64,000 nt of DNA, taken from an uncultured bacterium (lineage in GTDB: Bacteria > RBG-13-61-14 > CAYWKU01). The stretch is from contig CAYWKU010000010.1 in assembly GCA_964459325.1 (NCBI GenBank), forward strand, positions 51,831 to 115,830, in the 5' to 3' direction. Of the stretch, positions 50,531 to 59,930 are shown piece after piece; within the stretch, counting starts at the first letter, position 1; each line of letters starts with the position of its first letter. The position numbers and the translations under genes were made by a program. The notes below the pieces were generated by a model. The model worked only from the letters and a program-made list of their open reading frames with translations, did no database searches and was not told where the DNA came from.

Positions 50531-50617
50531 TTACTTCTTGTTTTTCTTTTTCGATAATTGTTTCTTGTGCTTATGCTTGCGCATCTTCTTGCGACGCCAC
50601 TTCACGACACTTCCCAC
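50531..50617 (-). CDS. Unannotated 28-aa bS22-like (AURKAIP1/COX24-type) small ribosomal protein
   Basis: GTG start 7 nt after GGGAGGG. Translation MGSVVKWRRKKMRKHKHKKQLSKKKNKK resembles bS22 (MGSVIKKRRKRM.KKKHRKLL...). Not in the ORF track because it is under 60 aa. Confidence 0.55.
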   Translation of the reverse strand: MGSVVKWRRKKMRKHKHKKQLSKKKNKK

Positions 50618-50700
50618 GGTATCCCTCCCTTCTTTTCAGATTTATTTCAGAATTTAAAATATATACACCTTTTCCCGAAAAATCAAATAACTCGCCGACT

Positions 50701-53121
50701 TCAGCGGTCTATTTTCAATTTCTCCGCGCCCCGCAACGCCGCCATCGCGTCTTTGCCGTAAAAATCGGCGCCTATCTCGGAGGCATACTCGCCGGTGAGC
50801 ACGGCTCCACCCACCATCACCGGTATATTCTTCTGATGCAGCAGTGCAATTACCTCGGGCATTTTTACCACAGTTGTGGTCATCAGCGCCGACAATCCTA
50901 CCAGGTCCGCGCCGCTTGACTCGGCCTCCTTCAGAATATCTTTTCCCTTGACGCTCCTTCCCAGGTCGATGATTTTCCAGCCGTTGCTCCGCAAAACGGT
51001 AGAGACGATATTTTTGCCTATGTCGTGTATATCCCCCTCGACCGTAGCCAATACCATCACCCCCCGGGGCTCCACGACTTCCTTCTTTGCCTCGAAGGCC
51101 TCGTTTACCAGCTCCATCCCGGCCTGCATCGCTTCCGCGCTCAACATAAGGTTGGGCAGAAAAATCTCGCCAGTCTCGTAGAGGCGACCCACCTCGGTAA
51201 TTGCGGGAATCATGGCCCCCTCGCTTATCTCCATCGGAGCCACTTCTTCCGCCAGCACCCCCTCGACGATTTTAGTCGTCCTCTCGGAATCGCCGTTTAT
51301 TACCGCCGCCCGCAACCGCTCCTGCCAGCTTGCCCCTTCTTCCGGAACCGCCTCTTTCCTGCCCGCCTTTTCCGCAGCCTCACCCCTCGCGGTAACGAAC
51401 TCTATGTAGCCCCTTGCGGCGGGGTCCTGGCCGGCAAGTACCCGGGAAGCGTGAAAAATTGCCATGGACTGACTGTCCAGCGGATTGACAAAGGTCGCAT
51501 TCAACCCCGCCTCGACAGCCATCGCCTGATACGCCGCGTTCAAAACTCCACGCCGGGGCAGCCCGAAGCTGACATTACTTACCCCCTGCAGGGTGTTTAC
51601 ACCCATCTTATCCCTGAAATACCGCACCGCCTCCAGCGCCTCCGGCGGCTGTCTGCTGTCGGTGCCGGCCGGTACCGTCACCGGGTCAAGGAGCACGTCT
51701 TCGTCCGGCAGGCCGGCTTTCCGCGCCGCTTTAACTATGCGCTTGCCTATTTTAATCCTCTCCTTCGCGGTCCGCGGCACGCCCTTTTCATCGGTACACA
51801 GGCCCAGAACGGCGGCGCCATACATCCGGGCCAGGGGCAGAATTCTCTTCAAACTCTTCTTCTCGCCCTTAACGCTGTTTATCAGGGGCTTGCCGGAACA
51901 TGCCATCAGACCTGCTTCGACGGCCTCGGGGTCGGAGCTGTCCAGCACCACCGGGAGTGAAGACGAAGCCTCCACCGCGCCTACCACCCTCTCCAGCAAC
52001 TCCGGCTCATTGACCCCCGGCACCCCGACGTTAATGTCGAGCATATCCACCCCCTCGGCTTCCTGGAGGCGTGCCTCGTCCTTAACCCCGGTCAGGTCTC
52101 CGCTCTTGAGCTTATCGGAAAACTCCCTCTTGCCGGTGGGGTTTATTCTTTCCCCGATACTGGCCACCGGCCTGCCGGGGCCGATAAGAGCGACCTTCGT
52201 GCGGGACGCAAGGCGTGTCACGCCCGGCAGCGGGTCTTCGGGCCTCCTCCAATCCCTGCCCAACCTGTCCAACTCGGCGACAATCGCCCGGGTATGCTCA
52301 GGGGTGGAGCCGCAACAACTTCCCAGGATTATGCAGCCCATGTCGAGAAACTTCTCCACCCACTCGGCCATACCCTCCGGCCCGAGCGGAAAAACCGTCT
52401 CCCCGTCCTCTATTGTCGGGAGACCTGCGTTGGGCTGGGCCACCAATCCGGCGGAGGTGACTTTGCGCATGGATTCTATCCATTGGTAGATGCCTTCCGG
52501 GCCGACGCTGCAATTGGCGCCGATGACCTCCACCCCGAGCGCATCCAGCACCACCGCCGCCACCTCCGGCGGGGTGCCCAGGGTCGTCCGGCCGCTTTCC
52601 TCGAAGGTCATCATCGCCACGATGGGAAGCTCGCTGACCGACCGGATGCCCACTATGGCCGCCTTGATTTCCTTGATGTCGCTCATGGTCTCTATCACGA
52701 AAAGGTCCGCGCCTTCCTCGTCGAATATCTTCGCCTGCCGGGCGAAAAGCTCGACCGCCCGCTTCCAGCTCAAATCCCCCACCGGCTCGATAAACTTTCC
52801 GGTAGGGCCGATATCTCCGGCTACGAAAACGTCCCCGGCGGCCCTGGCCGCCCGGACGGCGTTTCGGTTGATTTCCTCGAAGTGTTTTTCCAAGCCGGAT
52901 TCCGCCAGCTTTACCTCGTTGCCGCCGAAGGAGTTGGTGGTCATGATTTCCGCGCCAGCTTCGGTGTATTGTGTATGAACATCCACAACCAACTCGTAAT
53001 TTTCCATCTGGAGTATTTCCGGCGGTTTACCCGGCTCCAGCCCCTGCTGTTGGAACAACGTTCCGGCGGCGCCGTCGAATAACACGACCCCCCTTTTCAA
53101 CCTGTCTCTGAAATCAGCCAT
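50701..53121 (-). CDS. metH: Cobalamin-dependent methionine synthase, short form lacking the AdoMet activation domain
   Basis: Hcy-binding, pterin-binding and B12-binding modules (DxHxxG...S...G region: GDIHDIGKNIV). 806 aa. Confidence 0.9.
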   Translation of the reverse strand: MADFRDRLKRGVVLFDGAAGTLFQQQGLEPGKPPEILQMENYELVVDVHTQYTEAGAEIMTTNSFGGNEVKLAESGLEKHFEEINRNAVRAARAAGDVFVAGDIGPTGKFIEPVGDLSWKRAVELFARQAKIFDEEGADLFVIETMSDIKEIKAAIVGIRSVSELPIVAMMTFEESGRTTLGTPPEVAAVVLDALGVEVIGANCSVGPEGIYQWIESMRKVTSAGLVAQPNAGLPTIEDGETVFPLGPEGMAEWVEKFLDMGCIILGSCCGSTPEHTRAIVAELDRLGRDWRRPEDPLPGVTRLASRTKVALIGPGRPVASIGERINPTGKREFSDKLKSGDLTGVKDEARLQEAEGVDMLDINVGVPGVNEPELLERVVGAVEASSSLPVVLDSSDPEAVEAGLMACSGKPLINSVKGEKKSLKRILPLARMYGAAVLGLCTDEKGVPRTAKERIKIGKRIVKAARKAGLPDEDVLLDPVTVPAGTDSRQPPEALEAVRYFRDKMGVNTLQGVSNVSFGLPRRGVLNAAYQAMAVEAGLNATFVNPLDSQSMAIFHASRVLAGQDPAARGYIEFVTARGEAAEKAGRKEAVPEEGASWQERLRAAVINGDSERTTKIVEGVLAEEVAPMEISEGAMIPAITEVGRLYETGEIFLPNLMLSAEAMQAGMELVNEAFEAKKEVVEPRGVMVLATVEGDIHDIGKNIVSTVLRSNGWKIIDLGRSVKGKDILKEAESSGADLVGLSALMTTTVVKMPEVIALLHQKNIPVMVGGAVLTGEYASEIGADFYGKDAMAALRGAEKLKIDR

Positions 53122-53135
53122 ATTCCCTAACCTTT

Positions 53136-53942
53136 TCAGGATGTTAATTCAATTTGCTCGGCGTTTTCTATATTCTCGCCCAGAAACATGTTCCCCACCT
53201 CCCTGAACCTCTCCGGAAAGTCTGTCACGTAATAGGTCACCTTTCCGCTTTCCCTGGTCGTAAATCCCTTTTCGTCAATCACTTTTTTCACTTCCCGGGC
53301 GGTTTCTTCGGCGCTGTCCACAAGGATGGGCGATTGTTCGAAAACGCCCTCCGACACCCTGCCGAGCATCGGCTTGAGCAGGGGATAATGGGTGCAACCC
53401 AGCACTATCGCATCGATTTCCGGGTCGGCATGGTACAACTTATACAGATATTCTTTGACGGTCAATCTCGCCACCTCGTTCTCCAGCCACCCCTCCTCGA
53501 CCAGCGGCACAAACAGAGGGCAGGCGACACCGGCTACCCTTATCCCCCCGTCCACATCCTGAATAGCCTTCACGTAAGCTCCGCTGTTCACCGTCGCTGG
53601 GGTGCCCAACACCCCTACCCTTCCCCGCCGTGTGGCGGCGGCGGCCGCTTTTGCGCCGGGAATTATCACCCCCACCACCGGCACGTCAAACTCCTCGTAC
53701 AGGGCCTCCAGTGCCACCGCCGAGCTGGTGTTGCACGCCACCACCAGCATGTTTATCCCCCGGTCGGTCAAAAAACGGGCGCTTTCCATGGCGTACCGGG
53801 TCACGGCCTTCGCCGAGCGGATACCGTAGGGCACCCGGGCCGTATCGCCCAGATACACCAGGTCGGCTTCCGGCAAAAGCAGCCTTATCTCGCGGAGGAC
53901 AGTCAATCCTCCTATACCCGAATCGAAAACTCCAATGGCCAT
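53136..53942 (-). CDS. murI: Glutamate racemase
   Basis: VFDSGIGGLTV and GCTHYP motifs. Confidence 0.9.
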   Translation of the reverse strand: MAIGVFDSGIGGLTVLREIRLLLPEADLVYLGDTARVPYGIRSAKAVTRYAMESARFLTDRGINMLVVACNTSSAVALEALYEEFDVPVVGVIIPGAKAAAAATRRGRVGVLGTPATVNSGAYVKAIQDVDGGIRVAGVACPLFVPLVEEGWLENEVARLTVKEYLYKLYHADPEIDAIVLGCTHYPLLKPMLGRVSEGVFEQSPILVDSAEETAREVKKVIDEKGFTTRESGKVTYYVTDFPERFREVGNMFLGENIENAEQIELTS

Positions 53943-54049
53943 GTTATCGGCGAATCCAACCGCCCAGTCGGCGGGTAATCCTTATAGAAAGGCTTACTGG
54001 AAGCTATCACAACGGCACGCGGGATTCAACACCTTCCCTTATTCTCTTC

Positions 54050-54077
54050 TTGCATTCCAACAAGCAAGCCTTATAAT
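54050..54077 (+). promoter_or_regulatory. Sigma-70-like promoter upstream of the R-M operon
   Basis: TTGCAT-N16-TATAAT. A 15-bp perfect palindrome GCAAGAATTTCTTGC lies at 54111-54125, between promoter and start codon. Confidence 0.4.
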
Positions 54078-54180
54078 AAGCGTGGGTAAAGATACTGCGT
54101 AAACGTTACCGCAAGAATTTCTTGCAGCCAGTTGATTTCCTGAAATTAAATTGCGTACCAAAGGACTAACAGAGTAAAAT

Positions 54181-55812
54181 ATGGCAAGAGCAAAGCAAGG
54201 TTTGCGGATGAAAATCCCGGAAATAAATAAGAAGGAGGGATTGGTAGGGTATGCAGAGAGGCTTTCCGGCCTCTATACCCTCGACAGTAGTCCCGAACAA
54301 AGGAAAAAGAGAGGTCAGTTTTTTACTCCCACACAGGTTAGCTTATATATGGCCCGACTTTTTAATATCAATAATGACAAAATTTATCTTTTAGATCCCG
54401 GCGCTGGTACAGGTGCCCTTACCGCCGCTTTTTGTGAACGTTTATTGGAGAGCAGTAAGACCGTAAACCTAACCATTGACGTATTTGAAATTGACTCTAA
54501 TCTATTGCCCCTCCTCAAAAAGATTTTAACATGGATAAAACGGCGAATGGAAAGAGCAGGTCATAATGTAGCTTATAACATCTACAAACAGGATTTCATC
54601 TTAGAAAATAATGGATATTTTAACCAGGATATGTTTTGGTCCCTTGATGAACACATCATGTATGATTTTGTTATTGCAAATCCTCCATATTATAAGCTGG
54701 GTAAATCCACCCCTCAATCTTCTGCGATGTTGGATTTGGTATCGGGACAACCCAACATTTATTCATTTTTCATGGCCCTTTCAGCCAGCATGCTGAAGCC
54801 AGGGGGAGAAATGGTTTTCATCACTCCCAGGAGCTTCTGTTCTGGGCTTTACTACAAAAGGTTCAGAAACTGGTTTTTGGAAAACATGAATATAGAAAAT
54901 ATACATCTGTTCGAATCGAGGAATGGTGTTTTTAACAATGGCGAGGTTCTGCAAGAGAACATAATTATCAAAGCTAAAAAGAACCTTAAACCGAAAAACA
55001 AATTGACTATAAGCGTGAGCCAGAATAAGGAGTTTACGAGACTCCAGAAATTAAGACTCCCGACCTCGGACGTTATATTCCGGCACAAGAAAGAGAGCTT
55101 CATCAGAATTCCGACTTCTTTCATTGACGTTGAGGTTCTGCACATAGTAGACAACTGGCCATGCACTTTAAGAGATTATGGCCTTGAGGTCTCCACGGGG
55201 CCCGTTGTCCCCTTCCGGGCAAAAGAATTTCTGATCCCCGAGGTAATTAAAAGTCCTAAATCTGTGCCTCTCCTATGGATGCACAATATAGATGAGATGA
55301 GGGTGGTATGGCCCCTTAGCAGAAACAACAAACCTGAAGCCATAAAACTCTGCTCCGAATCAATGCCGATTTTACTTCCTGTAAGGAATTACGTACTTTT
55401 AAAACGCTTCAGTTCAAAGGAGCAAAGACGCAGGCTCTACGCGGCCGTTTTTCTCGAGAATGAATTTCCATATGACCTTGTTGGAATAGAAAACCACGTG
55501 AACTATATACACAGCTCAAAAAGGAACTTGACTGCACAAGAGGCGTTAGGCATTGCCGCCCTTCTCAACTCAAAAATTATTGACAACTACTTCAGGTCTC
55601 TTAACGGAAACACTCAGGTGAATGCCACTGAGATAAGGGAACTTCCGCTGCCAGAGATTGAGGCTGTTGAAGAAATCGGGCGAGTCGTTTACAAATTTCT
55701 TGACAGAGAAAAAGAAATCAATGTGGATGAGATTATCTCTTCCGTCATCTGCATTGATGAGAAAGTGAATAACCTTTTACGGAAAGGTGAAGCAGTTTAT
55801 GGGAAAGGTTGA
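54181..55812 (+). CDS. N6-adenine DNA methyltransferase (Eco57I/M.PstI-like)
   Basis: LLDPGAGTGAL (motif I) and VIANPPYY (NPPY motif IV). Confidence 0.8.
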   Translation: MARAKQGLRMKIPEINKKEGLVGYAERLSGLYTLDSSPEQRKKRGQFFTPTQVSLYMARLFNINNDKIYLLDPGAGTGALTAAFCERLLESSKTVNLTIDVFEIDSNLLPLLKKILTWIKRRMERAGHNVAYNIYKQDFILENNGYFNQDMFWSLDEHIMYDFVIANPPYYKLGKSTPQSSAMLDLVSGQPNIYSFFMALSASMLKPGGEMVFITPRSFCSGLYYKRFRNWFLENMNIENIHLFESRNGVFNNGEVLQENIIIKAKKNLKPKNKLTISVSQNKEFTRLQKLRLPTSDVIFRHKKESFIRIPTSFIDVEVLHIVDNWPCTLRDYGLEVSTGPVVPFRAKEFLIPEVIKSPKSVPLLWMHNIDEMRVVWPLSRNNKPEAIKLCSESMPILLPVRNYVLLKRFSSKEQRRRLYAAVFLENEFPYDLVGIENHVNYIHSSKRNLTAQEALGIAALLNSKIIDNYFRSLNGNTQVNATEIRELPLPEIEAVEEIGRVVYKFLDREKEINVDEIISSVICIDEKVNNLLRKGEAVYGKG

Positions 55813-56767
55813 AGAAGCTATCGAGGTGCTGAAAGAGCTGGGGCTGCCAAAAGCACAACAGAACGAGAGGTCAGCCCTTACGTTGCTAGCACTACTTGAT
55901 CTGAAAAAAAGCACCCCTTGGCCTAAAGCAAAACAGCAGTCAATCAGAATCCACGACATTCTCACCTTCGTATATAAACACTACAACAAACAATATGCAG
56001 AAAACACAAGGGAGACAATCAGGCGCCAAACCATTCATCAGTTTGAGCAGGCGGGTATTGTGAATAGGAATCCCGATAATCCCCGAAGACCAACAAACAG
56101 CCCAAGCACGGTATATGCAATTTCTGATGACGCCCATAAAGTGGTGCGAAAGTACAAGACTAAGAACTGGAACTCAGCCTTGCAGGAGTTTATACGGAAA
56201 AAGGGAAAATTGGTTGACAGGTATGAGATGCGTAGAAAGAAGCATTTAATCTCCGTTAACTTGCCGGAAGGAACTGAGGTTCATTTCTCACCAGGTAAGC
56301 ACAATAAGCTTCAAGCTGAAATAATAAGGAAGTTCATGCCAAGATTTTCCCCTCACGGTGTAGTGGCTTATGTGGGAGATGCAGCCAGAAAAATGCTTCA
56401 CATTGATGAAGAATTGCTCAAGAAACTTGAAATTCCGCTAACAAAGCACGACAAGTTGCCCGATGTTGTTCTTTATGACCCCAAAAGCGACCGACTTCTT
56501 TTAATAGAAGCGGTGACAGCACACGGCCCTCTTTCTCCAAAACGCCAATTGGAACTGGAAAAAGCATTAAAGCACTGTAAATCTGAGAGAATTTATATCA
56601 GTGCCTTTCCCGATTTCCACGAGTTCAAGAAACACATAGAAAACATTGCATGGGAGACCGAGGTCTGGATAGAAAATAATCCCGACCATATGGTCCACTT
56701 TAACGGGCCAAAGTTTTTTACTGTATACACCGAACAAAACTCCTACCGCGGAAAAGGAAAAGATTGA
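55787..56767 (+). CDS. BsuBI/PstI-family type II restriction endonuclease
   Basis: 326 aa, the same size as PstI. Translationally coupled to the Eco57I-type MTase. Lower GC than flanking DNA. Family assignment from recollection of PstI and M.PstI architecture, not from a database search. Confidence 0.65.
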   Translation: MKQFMGKVEEAIEVLKELGLPKAQQNERSALTLLALLDLKKSTPWPKAKQQSIRIHDILTFVYKHYNKQYAENTRETIRRQTIHQFEQAGIVNRNPDNPRRPTNSPSTVYAISDDAHKVVRKYKTKNWNSALQEFIRKKGKLVDRYEMRRKKHLISVNLPEGTEVHFSPGKHNKLQAEIIRKFMPRFSPHGVVAYVGDAARKMLHIDEELLKKLEIPLTKHDKLPDVVLYDPKSDRLLLIEAVTAHGPLSPKRQLELEKALKHCKSERIYISAFPDFHEFKKHIENIAWETEVWIENNPDHMVHFNGPKFFTVYTEQNSYRGKGKD

Positions 56768-56866
56768 AAAAATTAAGATATTGGAGAACTCCGGGAATTC
56801 GTAAATTATGAGAATGTCTTGTTTTGACAGGTATTTCCGGATATTTCCCCTTTGCAGTTCCCGGCC

Positions 56867-58066
56867 CTATATTGCGGGAAGAGGCGGTGGGTTATAGAGC
56901 GTATCTCCCAGCTTTTTCAGCCCCTCCAAGGTGTGGATGTCTTCATCGAACTTCGGAACCACCACCATGTCCACGCTGCCGCTCAATGCATCCCGAAACT
57001 GCCGCACGTCCTCCCGTTCGGTGGCTATAAGTTGCCGGAAGCCCTTAGCATTTTCCCACAAGTTATCCAGTAGGGCAGCCTCGGGAGCATCGGGGCCGCC
57101 CAGCTCCTCCAGAATCGAATCCTTAACCTCCTCACCCCGCTCCATGAAAGTAAGGTCGCACCCTTGCGGCGGAAAAGTGGCCCTGTTGATTACCACCGCC
57201 GACAGGTTCATGCCCATCCCGGCCAGCTTCTGCGAGAAGTAGGCCGTCTCATCTAGGGTCATCCGCGCGGGCGTGGCCACCAGCACGAACCGCGTTCGGG
57301 AGCGGCGCAGTATGCGGTCCACCACCTCCGCGCGGCGCTTGAAGCCCTCGTACATGCCTTCAAACCCCTCGAAAAAGTCCAGCAGGTCGCTGAAAACCTC
57401 CCAGCCGACCATCTTCTCCACCGCCTTGAGGAAAATCCGGGCGCCGCTTTTGAAGGACTTGAATCCGAACCGGGAAATCTTCATGTAAGGCTTCAGGAAC
57501 CACTGCAAAGCGCCCTGATCGAGAAAATTCATCATCCTCTCGGGAGCGGTGAAGAAATCCAGCGCGTTGGCACTCGGAGGCGTATCCAGCACTATAAGGT
57601 CGTAGCGCCCCTCGTCGTGAAGCTGGCTGAGCTTCTCGATGGCCATGTACTCCTGGCTGCCTCCAAGCGCCCCCGAGACGTGCTGATAGAAGGGGTTTTT
57701 GAATATCTTTTCGGCAACTTCTGCGCTTGGAGCGTATTTTTCGACCATCTGGTCAAAAGTGCGCTTGGCCTCCAGCATCATCGCCCACAATCCCGACTGA
57801 CCCGGGTCGGCGTCGCAATCGATTCCGCCCCCGGTGATAAGGCATTCTTCGTTGCCAACTGCCGATATGCCGAGAGCATCGGCAAGCCTGCGGGCGGGGT
57901 CGATGGTGAGTACCAGCACTTTCCTGCCCGCATGGGCCTCCGCCAGTCCTATGGCGGCGCCGGAGGTGGTCTTGCCTACTCCGCCCGTACCTACGCATAC
58001 CGCTATATCGCAACCCGACAAGGCGGAACCGAGGCCGGAGGATTGCATGTCGCCGGAATCAGCCAT
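56867..58066 (-). CDS. ArsA/GET3-family ATPase
   Basis: CVGTGGVGKTT P-loop, DTPP, and a deviant Walker A pattern typical of ArsA. Confidence 0.8.
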   Translation of the reverse strand: MADSGDMQSSGLGSALSGCDIAVCVGTGGVGKTTSGAAIGLAEAHAGRKVLVLTIDPARRLADALGISAVGNEECLITGGGIDCDADPGQSGLWAMMLEAKRTFDQMVEKYAPSAEVAEKIFKNPFYQHVSGALGGSQEYMAIEKLSQLHDEGRYDLIVLDTPPSANALDFFTAPERMMNFLDQGALQWFLKPYMKISRFGFKSFKSGARIFLKAVEKMVGWEVFSDLLDFFEGFEGMYEGFKRRAEVVDRILRRSRTRFVLVATPARMTLDETAYFSQKLAGMGMNLSAVVINRATFPPQGCDLTFMERGEEVKDSILEELGGPDAPEAALLDNLWENAKGFRQLIATEREDVRQFRDALSGSVDMVVVPKFDEDIHTLEGLKKLGDTLYNPPPLPAI

Positions 58067-58068
58067 TT

Positions 58069-58425
58069 TCAGCCGGCGGGATTGCCGAGTTTGCGGCCAC
58101 CCATAACGTGCAGGTGCAGGTGAAATATAACCTGGCCACCCTCCGGGTTTACGTTGAATGTCACCCGGTAGCCCGACTCATCTATGCCCTTCTCGCGGGC
58201 TACTTTAGCGGCGGTTAAAAGCATGTGTGAAATCAAATCGGCATCTTCCCCGGTCAGATTGTTCAGGGTGGGGATGTGCTTCTTGGGCACTATCAGAACG
58301 TGCACCGGCGCCAGCGGGTTGACGTCGTTGAAAGCCTTTATCTTATCGTCCTCGTAAATCACCTCCGAGGACATTTGGCCGGACGCTATCTTGCAGAAAA
58401 TGCACTCTTCCGCCATTTCAGTCAC
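58069..58425 (-). CDS. HIT-family (histidine triad) hydrolase
   Basis: HLHLHVMGG. Confidence 0.85.
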   Translation of the reverse strand: MTEMAEECIFCKIASGQMSSEVIYEDDKIKAFNDVNPLAPVHVLIVPKKHIPTLNNLTGEDADLISHMLLTAAKVAREKGIDESGYRVTFNVNPEGGQVIFHLHLHVMGGRKLGNPAG

Positions 58426-58550
58426 CTCCTGTCTTAACTGACCGCAATGTTATCGATACCAACCGTTTAAATTAACATAACCCCCGACCTCATTCCACCG
58501 GCTACCGGCCTTCTTGACTTTTTCCGCGTACAAAGTAAATTTTTCACTCT

Positions 58551-59930
58551 ATGAGCAAAAACAAAAAACCCTGGGCCGGTCGGTTCAAATCCGATACACA
58601 TCCCGAAATGGAAAAGTTCGGCGAATCGCTGAGCTTCGACAAGCGGCTGGCCCCGGCGGATGTGAAGGCGAGCATTGCTCACGCCCGGATGCTAGGTAAG
58701 CAGCGCATCATCACCAAGAAGGATTCCGAAACTATTGTCCGTGGCCTGCGACAGATAGAGAAAGAAATAAGGGACGGTAAGTTCAAATACAGGCCGCAGC
58801 TCGAAGACATACACATGAACATCGAAAGGCGGCTTACCGAAATCGTCGGCCAGGTCGGAGGCAAACTCCACACAGGCAGAAGCCGCAACGACCAGGTGGC
58901 CACCGACCTGCGACTGTGGTTGCGGGAAGAAATAGACTCGTGCCTCAAGGAAATATCGGAGCTTATCGAAGCCTTTGCCATGCAGGCCGATAAGCACGCC
59001 GAAACCCCCATGCCCGGTTACACTCACCTCCAGCGCGCCCAGCCGGTCACCTTCGGCCATCACATGCTGGCCTACGCGGGCATGTTCGAGAGGGACTCGC
59101 AAAGGCTCGCAGAATGCCGGAAGCGGACAAACGTCCTGCCCCTGGGCGCTGGCGCCCTGGCCGCAAGCACCCTGCCCCTGGATACCGGGTACGTAGCGCA
59201 GTTGCTCGGGTTCGACGGGGTATTCGAAAACTCGATGGATGCGGTCAGCGACCGGGACTTCGCGGTGGAGTTCATTTCCCACGCCGCCCTGTGCCAGGTC
59301 CACCTCTCCCGGCTGGCGGAAGAGCTTATAATGTGGTCTTCGACGGAGTTCGGCTTCGTGGAGCTTCCCGAGAACTTCACCACCGGCTCCAGCCTGATGC
59401 CGCAGAAGCGCAACCCCGACAGCGCCGAGCTTATCCGGGCCAAAACCGGCAGGATAGCAGGCGACCTGACGGCGCTCTTGACCGCGCTCAAGGGCCTCCC
59501 ACTTACCTATAATAAGGACATGCAGGAAGATAAGGAACCGCTTTTCGACGCCGCCGACACCCTCAGAGCCTCCTTGCGGGTGGCGACGCACCTGGTGAAG
59601 GGGATGAAGGTTAACAAGGCGGCTATGGCCCGGGCATTGGAGGATGGATACCTCCAGGCCACCGATGTGGCGGAATACCTGGTGAGGAAAGGAATGCCCT
59701 TCCGGGAAGCCCACGAGGTGGTGGGCAAGATAGTCGGGCTGGCTTCCGATAAGAAACTGAAACTGAAAGAGCTGCCACTCTCGGAATATAAGCGAATGAG
59801 CAAACTTTTCGGCGAGGACATTTACGAATGCCTCGACCCGGTCAAATCGGTCACACTGAGGAAGGCCGGGGGAGGCCCCGGGACAGCCAAAAGCCAGGCG
59901 CGAAAGCTCAAACGCCGAAAGAAAAAATGA
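58551..59930 (+). CDS. argH: Argininosuccinate lyase
   Basis: GRF.....PEM N-terminus and the fumarate-lyase signature GSSLMPQKRNPD. Confidence 0.95.
   Translation: MSKNKKPWAGRFKSDTHPEMEKFGESLSFDKRLAPADVKASIAHARMLGKQRIITKKDSETIVRGLRQIEKEIRDGKFKYRPQLEDIHMNIERRLTEIVGQVGGKLHTGRSRNDQVATDLRLWLREEIDSCLKEISELIEAFAMQADKHAETPMPGYTHLQRAQPVTFGHHMLAYAGMFERDSQRLAECRKRTNVLPLGAGALAASTLPLDTGYVAQLLGFDGVFENSMDAVSDRDFAVEFISHAALCQVHLSRLAEELIMWSSTEFGFVELPENFTTGSSLMPQKRNPDSAELIRAKTGRIAGDLTALLTALKGLPLTYNKDMQEDKEPLFDAADTLRASLRVATHLVKGMKVNKAAMARALEDGYLQATDVAEYLVRKGMPFREAHEVVGKIVGLASDKKLKLKELPLSEYKRMSKLFGEDIYECLDPVKSVTLRKAGGGPGTAKSQARKLKRRKKK

Noticed and set aside
58567-58583. GGTTCAAATCC, a tRNA T-arm-like motif
   Set aside because: It lies inside the argH reading frame (codes ...GRFKSD...). 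The flanking sequence does not form a convincing T-stem or an acceptor stem, so it is a coincidence.
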